Below, in pieces: positions 9,378 to 18,531 of a DNA stretch of 49,204 nucleotides; position 1 is the first letter of the stretch, and the number at the start of each line of letters is the position of its first letter. The notes beneath the pieces were generated by a model. It had not been told where the DNA came from. It saw nothing but the letters and a program-made list of their open reading frames with translations, and made no database searches. Source of the DNA: an uncultured Thermoplasmatales archaeon (GTDB lineage: Archaea > Thermoplasmatota > E2 > DHVEG-1 > B18-G2). The position numbers were made by a program, and so were the translations under genes. Location: NCBI GenBank assembly GCA_964432835.1, contig CAYSPA010000001.1:1-49204 (forward strand). Reading direction: 5' to 3'.

Positions 9378-9857
9378 TCATTCTGTTTTCCCATCGCTGT
9401 TCACCTTCTCTATCCTTGATTTCATGTTATCCCAGTGGGTTCCTTTCCAGTATATTCTACCGCAATTCTCACAGTACCAGAACTCATCATGTCTGTTATA
9501 GACCCTATCCGGCACCTTACCTTTAACCTTCTCTTTATCTATCTTAGCCAAGATATTATTGCAAACAGAACATCTGGAGAGAATCTTATTCTCATCAATC
9601 GGATATTCTGATATCACTGCTCTTATCTGCTCATCCAGGTCTGTACTCTTTATCTCCACAGCAGAGATATTTTCCCTTTTTGCTCTCCTGACAAGATATT
9701 TATCTCTGGTAAGGATAACTCTCCCTTCTCTCTTTGCTCTCTCGATGATCTCATCATCACTCTCTATCCTATCAGCAAAACAGACATCGAATCCCAGAAT
9801 CCTCAACCACTTTGCAAGCGTGCCCAGCATCTGGTCACACAGAAATTTCACTTCCAT
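9378..9857 (-). CDS. Mut7-C RNase-domain protein (PIN-like domain plus C-terminal zinc ribbon)
   Basis: 159 aa. N-terminus FLCDQMLGTLAKWLRILGFDV is typical of Mut7-C/DUF82. C-terminal CSVCN...CENCG zinc ribbon. Overlaps the upstream reductase gene by 10 nt. Confidence 0.75.
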   Translation of the reverse strand: MEVKFLCDQMLGTLAKWLRILGFDVCFADRIESDDEIIERAKREGRVILTRDKYLVRRAKRENISAVEIKSTDLDEQIRAVISEYPIDENKILSRCSVCNNILAKIDKEKVKGKVPDRVYNRHDEFWYCENCGRIYWKGTHWDNMKSRIEKVNSDGKTE

Positions 9858-10507
9858 GGCTCATACCTTATCAGCAAGCCATCTCCAAGTTTTTTAACTT
9901 CCTTCAACCTGAGTTTTATAATTTCATTCTCGTTTTTCACACCTTCACCATCCGCTATAGTAGGCGTACTGGCTCCGCCGATTATGATGGGCGAGATGTA
10001 TATGTTAAACTCATCGAAAAGCCCCTCTTTCAAGAAGTTCCATATAACCGTTGCCCCTCCCTCGACGAGCAACCTTTTTATTCCCTTCTCTCTCAGCAGT
10101 TTCATTGCTTCCTTTAAATCTATGAGTCCATCTTTGCTCAGATTACATCTCAGAACCTCTACATCTTCCTTCTCAATGGTTCTTTCGGCATCCTTTCCTG
10201 TTAGAATGTAAACCTTTGTGCCACCTTTGAAAACCTCAGCATCCTCTGGTATCCTCAATTTTGTATCGAGCACCACCTTTGCGGGCTGTTTTGGAGTATC
10301 GTACTTCACATTGAGCTTTGGATCATCGGTAAGCACCGTTCCTATTCCAACAAGAACCGCATCACATTCCTCTCTCAATCTCATCACTCTATCAAAATCC
10401 TCTTTCGATGATATTCTGACCTGTCTTTTATCTGGTAAGGCTATCTTTCCATCAGCGGAGGCGGCGCAGTTTATTATTATGTACGGTCTTTCTTCTTTGG
10501 ATACCAT
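9848..10507 (-). CDS. 2,5-diamino-6-ribosylamino-4(3H)-pyrimidinone 5'-phosphate reductase (RibD C-terminal-domain type, riboflavin/F420 pathway)
   Basis: ORF 9848..10654. The N-terminal 49 codons overlap thyX and look non-protein-like, so I prefer ATG 10507 (MVSKEERPYIIINCAASADGKIA). GTVLTDDPKLN and LLVEGGATVIWNF are typical RibD_C motifs. Confidence 0.8.
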   Translation of the reverse strand: MVSKEERPYIIINCAASADGKIALPDKRQVRISSKEDFDRVMRLREECDAVLVGIGTVLTDDPKLNVKYDTPKQPAKVVLDTKLRIPEDAEVFKGGTKVYILTGKDAERTIEKEDVEVLRCNLSKDGLIDLKEAMKLLREKGIKRLLVEGGATVIWNFLKEGLFDEFNIYISPIIIGGASTPTIADGEGVKNENEIIKLRLKEVKKLGDGLLIRYEPWK

Positions 10508-11157
10508 GGGCAATCCTCCCTTTTCTCTGGACATATACCTCTGGTCTTGCAAGGAGGACCTGCCTTCCTGAAAATCGTTGGTGCTATCTTCTTCACCTCG
10601 TTCAGCATCCTCCATGCGAGTTCTCTGATTTCCCACTGGGCATGCATACAGCATCTCAGCTCAAAGAAATTCAAAAGAGACCTTGCGTTCATGGTTACAA
10701 TGATGTTCGTCTTTGCGGCATTTGGGAGAACGTATCTCGCATCCTCTTCGGGTATTCCTTCATCGATCAGATGGTTGTATTCGTCCCATACTTTTTTCAT
10801 GAAATCTTCGTATCTCCTTTTCAAATTTTCATCCTTCTCCACAGAGGGAGGCATAACATACTCGGCATCTTCAAACCTCACATACCTCTGACTCTGCTGA
10901 GAATAACTTGCTATTCTATGTCTAACAAGTTGATGGGTTAGCGCTCTACTCACTCCAGATATCGCAAATGTAAAACTCGCGTGCTCTACAACACTCAGAT
11001 GACCAAGGTCCATGACATGAGAGAGTATATTCCTGAGAGAATCGTCGTCCATCTTCTCTACTTCTTCCGGCTTCTTTTTGCTGTGTGTCAGTGCTGCTGC
11101 TATGGCGCAGACCTTCTCTGGATCTGGAGTATGGGATATGATTCTGACATCCATCAC
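10477..11157 (-). CDS. thyX: FAD-dependent thymidylate synthase
   Basis: 226 aa with the ThyX signature LVRHRIASYSQQSQRY (RHR-x7-S-x-R). Confidence 0.9.
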   Translation of the reverse strand: MMDVRIISHTPDPEKVCAIAAALTHSKKKPEEVEKMDDDSLRNILSHVMDLGHLSVVEHASFTFAISGVSRALTHQLVRHRIASYSQQSQRYVRFEDAEYVMPPSVEKDENLKRRYEDFMKKVWDEYNHLIDEGIPEEDARYVLPNAAKTNIIVTMNARSLLNFFELRCCMHAQWEIRELAWRMLNEVKKIAPTIFRKAGPPCKTRGICPEKREDCPWYPKKKDRT

Positions 11158-11190
11158 TTCGGGATTGTCTCTATACTTATTATTTTTTGG

Positions 11191-11871
11191 CTAAACGATA
11201 ACAACCGCTATTATGCCAAATACCGCAAAAACATCATCTCCAGTGGCAACAAGTTTTTCCAGAATATTCTCTCTGTTGGCAACGTCGAGAACATCCACAT
11301 AAAACAGGAAAGGTTTGCCTTTATTCTCTCCTATCCTCCAGTATCTCTTTTTATCCTTCTCTATCTTTTCCCTCCTCTCCTTCAGTATAAATCCAATATC
11401 CTTCCCCTCTTTGATCCGGGTGAACGCCTGGCGCACCGCCCATGTATAAAAATCAAGAACAGTGTAATCTGCAATTCTCATGTGGAGTTTCCAATCTTTA
11501 TCGGTGAGTTCCTTTGATGTTTTTACCTCGCTCAACTTCAAATCTTCAAAATCTTCAGGTGAATTTGTAATAACGGGCGAGATGTATACAGAGGAGAGGC
11601 AGAGAACCTCGCTGATCATTTCATTGAGAACATCGGAGAACACATCCTTTGCCATTCTTATACATTCATTTGGATAAGAAAGCACCACCAGATTTTTTCT
11701 TTCGGGAATTTTTCCCTTCATCAGGGGAGTGACACCCAGATTTCTGTATCTGAACCTCGACAGGAGCCATTTCAATCTCTCTCCAGATTTTTCTTTTTCC
11801 TTCCAGTGAATAACCCCTCTGAGGTTTTTGACGATCGCCGCATAGTTGTAAAAGGATATCATTTCTTCCAT
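11191..11871 (-). CDS. Hypothetical protein, no family recognised (C-terminal hydrophobic tail)
   Basis: ORF 11191..12027. The first 52 codons would overlap the divergent mrpE-like gene, so ATG 11871 (MEEMISFYNY...) is preferred. K/E-rich with a hydrophobic tail VFAVFGIIAVVIV. Confidence 0.5.
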   Translation of the reverse strand: MEEMISFYNYAAIVKNLRGVIHWKEKEKSGERLKWLLSRFRYRNLGVTPLMKGKIPERKNLVVLSYPNECIRMAKDVFSDVLNEMISEVLCLSSVYISPVITNSPEDFEDLKLSEVKTSKELTDKDWKLHMRIADYTVLDFYTWAVRQAFTRIKEGKDIGFILKERREKIEKDKKRYWRIGENKGKPFLFYVDVLDVANRENILEKLVATGDDVFAVFGIIAVVIV

Positions 11872-11989
11872 GTGCTGACACCAAATGGTGTATGAAATGG
11901 CGTAATGTAATACTAACGCTCTGGAGATATCAAAAAACGATAAAGTTTTAAAAGACTCTTTTGTTTCAGCAAAACTGGAGGCAAGAGAG

Positions 11990-12505
11990 ATGAAGAAGTT
12001 TATAGTTACATCATTCATCTGTTTCATCGCTTACCTGATATTCACGGCGGGAAGTGGCAACATAGGCTTCTGGAGCATCGAAGAGATCCTCTTTGGTATA
12101 ATGGTTGCCGTCCTGGTTGGCTATATATCCAGGAACATCTTCATCAAAAACGATTTTCGAATGCTCAATCCCAAAAGATGGTTATACGGTATAGCTTATC
12201 TGTTTCCCTTTTTCTTGGCGATGGCGAAGGCAAACTTTGATGTTGCGTATAGAGTTATTACTGGAAAAATCAGACCCGGAATAGTGAAAATCTCTCCCAA
12301 TCTGAAAACCGATTTAGGCATAACCATGCTCGCCAACTCGATAACATTAACGCCGGGAACACTCAGTGTTGATATAGATGAGAAAACCAACAATCTCTAC
12401 GTTCACTGGATAAATGTCAAGGATGCTGCTCTCAAAAAGAAGCCGAGACCATACGAGTATGTATGCGGTAAATTCCCCAAATGGATAAGGAGGATTGCCG
12501 AATGA
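11990..12505 (+). CDS. Mrp/Mbh membrane arm: MrpE/MnhE (MbhA)-like subunit
   Basis: 171 aa with two N-terminal TM helices and a MnhE-like core (LANSITLTPGTLSVDID). First gene of a 10-gene overlapping operon. Confidence 0.75.
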   Translation: MKKFIVTSFICFIAYLIFTAGSGNIGFWSIEEILFGIMVAVLVGYISRNIFIKNDFRMLNPKRWLYGIAYLFPFFLAMAKANFDVAYRVITGKIRPGIVKISPNLKTDLGITMLANSITLTPGTLSVDIDEKTNNLYVHWINVKDAALKKKPRPYEYVCGKFPKWIRRIAE

Positions 12506-12762
12506 TGGATGCATTTCTGCTCTCGATAATAATTCTCCTGATATCCATACTCCTTGCAGCGATAAGACTCATACTGGGTCCTACAGTCCCGGATAGAGTC
12601 GTTGGTCTCGACACCATAAACACTCTTGTGATAGTTCTGATGATACTGTTCGGAGCGTACTATCGCGAGATAATCTACATAGATGTGGCTATAGTATATG
12701 CTCTCCTGTCATTTGTTACGACCATACTCATAGCGAAATATCTGGAGGGTGGTAGGATATGA
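12502..12762 (+). CDS. MrpF/MnhF (MbhB)-like subunit
   Basis: AAGGAGG lies 8 nt upstream of ATG 12502. RLILGPTVPDRVVGLDTIN is the MrpF signature. The start overlaps the previous stop. Confidence 0.8.
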   Translation: MMDAFLLSIIILLISILLAAIRLILGPTVPDRVVGLDTINTLVIVLMILFGAYYREIIYIDVAIVYALLSFVTTILIAKYLEGGRI

Positions 12763-13115
12763 TCGTTACTGCACTGATTTACATATTTCTTGCCATAGGT
12801 GTTACCTTTAACCTGCTTGGGTCTCTTGCCCTGCTGAGATTTCCAGATGTATATACAAGGTTGCATGGCGGCACAAAATGCACAACATTTGGTTCCATAT
12901 TTCTCTCAGGTGCAGTGATAGTATATGGATTGAAAGAATGGTATCTTCATCCTACCGTCTCCTCCCCGATACTGCCAATTCATGCCCTCGTTGCTTTGAT
13001 AGCTATATTAATAACCAACCCAACAGGAGCTCACGCGATTGCAAGAGCCGCCCACAGAAGCGGCATCAAGCCGGTAAAAGCCGTTGTTGATGACCTTGAG
13101 GAGGAGAAAAAATGA
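12759..13115 (+). CDS. MrpG/MnhG (MbhC)-like subunit
   Basis: 118 aa. LGSLALLRFPDVYTRLHGGTK is typical of MnhG. 4-nt overlap with the previous gene. Confidence 0.8.
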   Translation: MIVTALIYIFLAIGVTFNLLGSLALLRFPDVYTRLHGGTKCTTFGSIFLSGAVIVYGLKEWYLHPTVSSPILPIHALVALIAILITNPTGAHAIARAAHRSGIKPVKAVVDDLEEEKK

Positions 13116-13360
13116 TGGAGATACTTCACGCCATACTTCCGATATTCATAGTGATAGCCGCGATATTTGCAATTTATTTTAGAGATCTGATATCAGCAAC
13201 GATAGCTCTTGCCGCGATGAGCTTGATTCTTTCGCTGGAATTCTACATCCTGCAGGCGCCGGATGTGGCGATAGCAGAAGCAGGAGTGGGGGCATGTTTA
13301 ACAACAGCCATCTTGATATTTGCAATTAAAGCCACAAGGAGGATGGAGGAGAGAAGATGA
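13112..13360 (+). CDS. DUF4040 / MbhD-like small membrane subunit (MrpB N-terminal-like)
   Basis: 82 aa with LQAPDVAIAEAGVGACLTT (APDVALTE-type motif). 4-nt overlaps on both sides. Confidence 0.7.
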   Translation: MMEILHAILPIFIVIAAIFAIYFRDLISATIALAAMSLILSLEFYILQAPDVAIAEAGVGACLTTAILIFAIKATRRMEERR

Positions 13361-13626
13361 ATAAGATAGCGATCCTGATAGCCTTCGTTATATTCTCCTG
13401 TGCACTGATTTCAACCACTTTAATATTGAGACCATTTGGAGAACCCAGATCTACGGAGATGGACGATTACATAATAAAAAATGCCCAGAACGAAACCGGG
13501 GCAAACAATGCAGTTACCAGCGTAGTGTTTGATTACAGAGGATTTGATACCCTTGGAGAGGCTACGGTTTTGTTTACCGCGGTTGCTGGGGTTTTAGCTG
13601 TGTTAAGGAGGTATGCTCATGAATGA
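13357..13626 (+). CDS. MbhE-like small membrane subunit (MnhB-related)
   Basis: 89 aa with NAVTSVVFDYRGFDTLGEATVLF (the DYRGFDTLGE motif of MnhB-related proteins). Confidence 0.7.
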   Translation: MNKIAILIAFVIFSCALISTTLILRPFGEPRSTEMDDYIIKNAQNETGANNAVTSVVFDYRGFDTLGEATVLFTAVAGVLAVLRRYAHE

Positions 13627-14104
13627 ACCATCAAAGATCGTTAAGACTATTGCATCGATAATCTTTCCATTCATAACCGTTTACGGATTGTATATAATCG
13701 TTCATGGTCATCTCACTCCAGGAGGAGGTTTTCAGGGCGGAGCAATCACAGCTTCTGGCATAGTTCTCCTTCTCGTAGCATTCGGCTCTGCTGAGATCGC
13801 TAAAAAAATCAAAGAATCTCATCTGTCCATTTTGGAAAGCATAGGTGCTTTAAGCTTCATATCATTGGCCCTCCTTGGATTATCGGCAACTTTCTTCTAC
13901 AACTTTCTGGCGGGATCAAACTTCATATTTGGGAGAATACCTCCGTTTGGGAGCAACCCCGGAGATATGAATACCGGTGGTGTGCTTCCTCTGATGAACA
14001 TAAGCGTTGGTTTAAAGGTGATAGCGGGTCTCTCAGCCATGGTGCTTGCATTGGCACTCTTTGCAAGGTTAAAGAGGGGTAGAAAGGGGGTCAGGAAGAA
14101 ATGA
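13613..14104 (+). CDS. MrpB/MnhB (MbhF)-like subunit
   Basis: 163 aa with HGHLTPGGGFQGGAI (the PGGGFQGG motif). Confidence 0.8.
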   Translation: MLMNEPSKIVKTIASIIFPFITVYGLYIIVHGHLTPGGGFQGGAITASGIVLLLVAFGSAEIAKKIKESHLSILESIGALSFISLALLGLSATFFYNFLAGSNFIFGRIPPFGSNPGDMNTGGVLPLMNISVGLKVIAGLSAMVLALALFARLKRGRKGVRKK

Positions 14105-14460
14105 TATACAATATTCCTTACATGGCATCTGCAATCCTTGTGATAGTAGGTCTCTATGCGGTCCTGTTCAAGAGAAATCTAATAAAGATCGCCATAGGTA
14201 TCACCGTTCTGGAGAGTGGGGTCAATCTATTTCTCATAACTTTAGGATACAGAGAAAATGCGGTTGCACCCATCTACACAAATCTTCCGGAAGGCACAAG
14301 TATACCTGAAGGAATGACACTCCCAGTTCCTCAAGCGTTGACACTGACGAGCATAGTGATAGGGGTTGCGGTGCTGGCTTTGATCCTTTCCTTTGCGGTA
14401 AAGATATATCAGCATTATGGAACGCTCGATTCCAGAGAGGTAAGGAGGTTGAGGGAGTGA
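14101..14460 (+). CDS. MrpC/MnhC / NuoK (MbhG)-like subunit
   Basis: 119 aa, three TM helices, GITVLESGVNLFLITLG (NuoK-like Glu-containing helix). Confidence 0.8.
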   Translation: MIYNIPYMASAILVIVGLYAVLFKRNLIKIAIGITVLESGVNLFLITLGYRENAVAPIYTNLPEGTSIPEGMTLPVPQALTLTSIVIGVAVLALILSFAVKIYQHYGTLDSREVRRLRE

Positions 14461-16019
14461 ATATGAGCTATGTGCTATTGCATGCGCCCGCCCTATTGAT
14501 TGCGATACCGCTGTTTGCGGCATTTCTCACGCCTATCATAGATCGATTTAGCAAAAGAGTGAGAAACATCTTTGTTTTAGCTGTATTGATAATTGAAGAG
14601 ATACTCATGATAATTTTTGCATGGGATGTTTTTACAAACGGCATCCATGTCTACACGATGGGCGCGCCTAATCCAACTTCTACGGTACCATTGCAGTCTG
14701 CAGTTCCAGTGAGAATAGTTCTAGAAGTTGATGGAATGAGTGCTTTCATGGGATTGATAAGTACAACCGTTTCGCTCGCTGCGGGATTTTATTCAATTGC
14801 TTTCGTGAGAAAGGAAACGGGGCAGGGAAAATTTTACACCTTGCTTTTGCTCATGCTGGTTGGCATGCTCGGTATGGAGTTCACCGGCGATATGTTCAAT
14901 CTTTTTGTCTTCTTTGAGATTCTCTCAATAGCATCGGCAGCTCTTGTAGCATATCGCTCTTATTACGGTGATGCGGTAGAGGGTGCTTTCAAGTACCTGA
15001 TCATCTCTTCAATTGCAGGATCGATAGTCCTCTTTGCCATAGCCATTCTTTATGGACAGTACGGCGTGCTGAACATAGCTGCCCTCGCAAAAGCCATGAA
15101 GTCTACTACTCTTGATATGATAGCACTTGTTTTGCTTATCTCGGCATTTGCCATGAAATGTGGCTCTGTACCAATGCATTTCTGGATTCCCGATAGCTAT
15201 ACGGTCGCTCCCGCTTCGATAACCGCAATGCTCGTTGTTGCAAGCCAGGCGAGTTTGTATGCCCTATTCAGGATATGCTTCTCACTTTACGGAAACACCT
15301 CATATGTGGCAACATCTGGTGCAATCTTAATTCTTTTTGGACTTCTTTCGATGTTTATTGGAGTAACCATGGCTATACCTCAGAAGGATATCAAACGCTT
15401 GATGTCATACCATGCAATCAGCCAGACGGGATACATGCTCCTCGGCGTCGGCGCAGGGCTTTATCTCCTTGGAAACCCGGATTTCAGCACCCATGGAATG
15501 GCTGCGATGGAGGGAGGCATATTTCACATCTTCAACCATGCTCTCTACAAAGGTCTTCTTTTCCTCACCGCGGGTGCAATATTCTACAAGACCAAAACGC
15601 GCAATCTGAATGAGATAAGGGGCTTAGCGCATTCCATGAAGTTCACGACGATCTTCTTTTTGATAGGTGCATTCTCGATCGCCGGCTTGCCTCCATTCAA
15701 TGGATTTGCCTCAAAATTACTCATTTATGAGTCTGTTTATCATGTCAATCCAATCCTGTCTATAATTGCGATGCTCGTCTCAATATTAACGCTCGCATCT
15801 TTCATGAAGGTATTCCATTCGGCATTCATGGGTCCACCCATGAAGGATGTTGAGAGGGGAGATGTGCCGAAGAGCATGTTATTCGGGATGATGGTTCTAA
15901 CGGCGGGTATAATCCTGTTCAGCATAATTCCCGGGTGGGTTGTTGGTCATATCGTCCATCCGGCTGCTCAATCTCTCGCAAATCAGTCAGCATATATACG
16001 GGCGGTGATGGGTGATTAG
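14457..16019 (+). CDS. MrpD/MnhD / NuoM-N (MbhH)-like proton-conducting antiporter subunit
   Basis: 520 aa, polytopic. FFEILSIASAALVA, KCGSVPMHFWIPDSY and HALYKGLLFLTAG are typical of the NuoL/M/N-MrpD family. Start GTG 14457 or ATG 14463. Confidence 0.9.
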   Translation: MNMSYVLLHAPALLIAIPLFAAFLTPIIDRFSKRVRNIFVLAVLIIEEILMIIFAWDVFTNGIHVYTMGAPNPTSTVPLQSAVPVRIVLEVDGMSAFMGLISTTVSLAAGFYSIAFVRKETGQGKFYTLLLLMLVGMLGMEFTGDMFNLFVFFEILSIASAALVAYRSYYGDAVEGAFKYLIISSIAGSIVLFAIAILYGQYGVLNIAALAKAMKSTTLDMIALVLLISAFAMKCGSVPMHFWIPDSYTVAPASITAMLVVASQASLYALFRICFSLYGNTSYVATSGAILILFGLLSMFIGVTMAIPQKDIKRLMSYHAISQTGYMLLGVGAGLYLLGNPDFSTHGMAAMEGGIFHIFNHALYKGLLFLTAGAIFYKTKTRNLNEIRGLAHSMKFTTIFFLIGAFSIAGLPPFNGFASKLLIYESVYHVNPILSIIAMLVSILTLASFMKVFHSAFMGPPMKDVERGDVPKSMLFGMMVLTAGIILFSIIPGWVVGHIVHPAAQSLANQSAYIRAVMGD

Positions 16020-16356
16020 GATGTTGCGCACACCTGGTGGATATTGGGATCCTCTGATATGGTTGCTGGTATTTGTAGTTGCAATCCTCATAGTATATAT
16101 AATACGCGCATTTGGGAGATCAGACTATAAGGGGGGAGAGCAAACCAAGCCCTTCCTCTCCGGTATGGATGTTCCCGATGAGGACGCCCTCCACATCAGG
16201 GCGGGAAACATATACTGGGGATTTATGCGGGCTTTGGAGGGATACTACGATGTTCTGAGGAAGTATCATACCGGGATAGTAAATGACTATGTTGCGTGGT
16301 TTGTGGGCGTATCTGTGATTCTGCTCGTGATCTTTTTCATCGTGGGGGTGATCTGA
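16012..16356 (+). CDS. MbhI-like small membrane subunit
   Basis: 114 aa with an N- and a C-terminal TM helix flanking an amphipathic segment (YWGFMRALEGYYDVLRKYHTGIVNDY). Its position after the MrpD-like gene matches mbhI. Assignment is from memory of the Mbh operon, not from a search. Confidence 0.5.
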   Translation: MIRMLRTPGGYWDPLIWLLVFVVAILIVYIIRAFGRSDYKGGEQTKPFLSGMDVPDEDALHIRAGNIYWGFMRALEGYYDVLRKYHTGIVNDYVAWFVGVSVILLVIFFIVGVI

Positions 16357-16381
16357 TACAGATGGCAAGGGGGTTGATCAG

Positions 16382-17407
16382 TTGATAGAGGTGATAGATC
16401 AGTTATTCAAAGCCGTGTTTGGAGAGATAGTAATAGGGGTTTTCGCAATCATTATCGCTCTACTTTATAAGGGTATTGATAGAAAGATAGCCGCCCGTAT
16501 GCAGTCCAGGGTCGGACCGCCTGTGAGACAACCATTCAGAGATGTGATAAAGCTTTTCCTCAAAGAGAACGTTGTGCCGAGACATGCCACGAAGTGGCTA
16601 TTCAATTTATCCCCCGTAATTGCACTTGCATCTTCTATGACTATTCTGTTATACCTGCCAATGGGGAGTTTTGGACCCATACTTTCTACAGAAGGTGATC
16701 TTATACTTATTCTATATCTTTTGATCATACCATCCCTTGCCATGGTACTGGGTGGATTTGCATCAGGTTCACCTTACGCTACAGTCGGTGCACAGAGGGA
16801 GATGGTCCTGATGATGTCTCTGGAATTCCCCCTCGCCGTTGTTATCGTATCTCTGGCATGGAGACTGAAAGAAGTGGGGGTTTCAAACCCATTTTCACTC
16901 GTATCAATATCCTCAAATCCGATATGGAACAACGTCGGGGTTGTTGGTATAGTGGGATGTTCGATATTGCTATTGGTCCTTCTCCTGATAACACCTGGAG
17001 AGCTATCAAAGATACCGTTTGATGTGCCGGAGGCGGAGACGGAGATAGCGGGAGGTCTGCTTGCGGAATACTCTGGCAGAAATCTGGCCATGTTCTATCT
17101 CACCGATGCGGTGAAGACCGTAGTGGTGGCATCACTTATCGTGACTCTCTTCTTCCCCTACAATCTCTCGCCTTTCCTTTCGTTTTCCGGAATAACAGCT
17201 TACATCGTTGATTTCCTGTTCTATCTGTTCAAACTATTCCTTGTGATACTTTTTGCCGTCACCATGGTGAGGGTTGGCGTGGCGAGACTCAAGATAGACC
17301 AGGTAACAGCTGTGTACTGGATTAACTTAACATTGCTTGCGCTGATCGGACTGGTTCTCCTGATGTTCGACAAAATCCTGGTCATGAAAGGAATCTCGAT
17401 TTTTTGA
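16382..17407 (+). CDS. NuoH / HycD / MbhM-like membrane subunit
   Basis: 341 aa with a TTG start. DRKIAARMQSRVGPPVRQPFRDVIKLFLKE is the NuoH/HycD N-terminal signature; about 8 TM helices. Confidence 0.8.
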   Translation: MIEVIDQLFKAVFGEIVIGVFAIIIALLYKGIDRKIAARMQSRVGPPVRQPFRDVIKLFLKENVVPRHATKWLFNLSPVIALASSMTILLYLPMGSFGPILSTEGDLILILYLLIIPSLAMVLGGFASGSPYATVGAQREMVLMMSLEFPLAVVIVSLAWRLKEVGVSNPFSLVSISSNPIWNNVGVVGIVGCSILLLVLLLITPGELSKIPFDVPEAETEIAGGLLAEYSGRNLAMFYLTDAVKTVVVASLIVTLFFPYNLSPFLSFSGITAYIVDFLFYLFKLFLVILFAVTMVRVGVARLKIDQVTAVYWINLTLLALIGLVLLMFDKILVMKGISIF

Positions 17408-17676
17408 AAATGCCTGAAAATGGTACCATCGACATCTGTCCAGAGAATAACAATCGCACTTCATTCTTTCCTTTGTTTGAGATGATGTCAGGTGAGGAAT
17501 GGGTGCAATTGTTAAAATATTTGTTGGAGAAAAAATCATCATTATGAGGTGCTGTGAGACATTTGTTGATATTTATCCCAAAGGATAAAAAACAACTCAT
17601 CCATGGTATGATCTTGGAACACCATCGACCGATACACATATATAAGGCATGAATCTATTTATATCTGTTCGGTGAT

Positions 17677-18519
17677 ATGAGAATGAGCCGGGGTGGATTT
17701 GTTTTTGTGGTTGTGGCGCTACTGCTCTGCGCAATATGGGTGGATGAACAAACCCTATGTATAGTTGGATTTCCATTAAGTGGAACAGATGAAAACGATG
17801 CATCACAGGGTGATGATGCAACGAATGAGGTATGGAACCTGGGGTATGTCAGGGTTATTCATTTCTGGACATTCGTGAGACGCATGGATTCTTTTCACCG
17901 AAACGAAACAACAAAGACGTGGGTAACCGATAGAAGTGCAGGAAGTGTAGAAGTAGATGCAGTTGTTAAGTGTAAAGTTGTGGAATTTCCACACATAACA
18001 CTTTCTCCTTTGCCAATGCCGGTGGTTCTCCATTGGCATCTCCACTCCACCAACGGTAGGGGAAGCGGTTTTTGCATATTCTGGCCACCTTTCGAAGATT
18101 GGTTCACTTACAACTGCCACCCATATCCCATCTCCATCCCGGGTAAAGTTAGAGTACATCTGCCAGAGAATTTCACTGGGAATAGCATGAACCTGACATT
18201 CAGAGGCAGGGTTTGGGCAAACCTACATTCTCGCCCAATGGGAACATTTACCTTGCACATAATAGTGAAAAATGACACCGGCAATGAATCGAATGGTAAC
18301 AGCAATTCCAATTCGGAGTATAACTGGTACCGGGAGAAAGGTGTTGCCTACTATGCAAAACCATCCTACAATATTGTCGCAACATCCTTCACCGATGAAA
18401 ATGGCATAACAACAGCTAAATTGAACATAGCCAATTATCTTAGAAACATGGGAGATGATGAAATCATATACACCTATGGTGCTGACACAGGTGATTACAG
18501 AGTGGATATCGATGGATAG
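17677..18519 (+). CDS. Secreted/anchored hypothetical protein with Asn/Ser-rich linker
   Basis: 280 aa with N-terminal anchor GGFVFVVVALLLCAIWV, many N-x-S/T sequons and a low-complexity stretch NDTGNESNGNSNSNSEYN. TATA-like ATATATAAGG and CTATTTATATC upstream. Confidence 0.65.
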   Translation: MRMSRGGFVFVVVALLLCAIWVDEQTLCIVGFPLSGTDENDASQGDDATNEVWNLGYVRVIHFWTFVRRMDSFHRNETTKTWVTDRSAGSVEVDAVVKCKVVEFPHITLSPLPMPVVLHWHLHSTNGRGSGFCIFWPPFEDWFTYNCHPYPISIPGKVRVHLPENFTGNSMNLTFRGRVWANLHSRPMGTFTLHIIVKNDTGNESNGNSNSNSEYNWYREKGVAYYAKPSYNIVATSFTDENGITTAKLNIANYLRNMGDDEIIYTYGADTGDYRVDIDG

Positions 18520-18531
18520 AGAAGTGATAAC

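Noticed and set aside
17488-17542. Minus-strand ATGATGA ... 44 nt ... CTGA (55 nt C-to-D spacing) in the gap after the NuoH-like gene, a possible second C/D sRNA.
   Set aside because: There are no recognisable internal D'/C' boxes (CAAA / ACAATTG at best) and no terminal stem between the flanks. The spacing alone is not enough.
17410-17547. 45-codon ORF (MPENGTIDICPENNNRTSFFPLFEMMSGEEWVQLLKYLLEKKSSL) starting 3 nt after the NuoH-like stop.
   Set aside because: It has no SD, no recognisable motif and no resemblance to MbhJ/NuoB (no CC..E Fe-S motif). It is too short to support.
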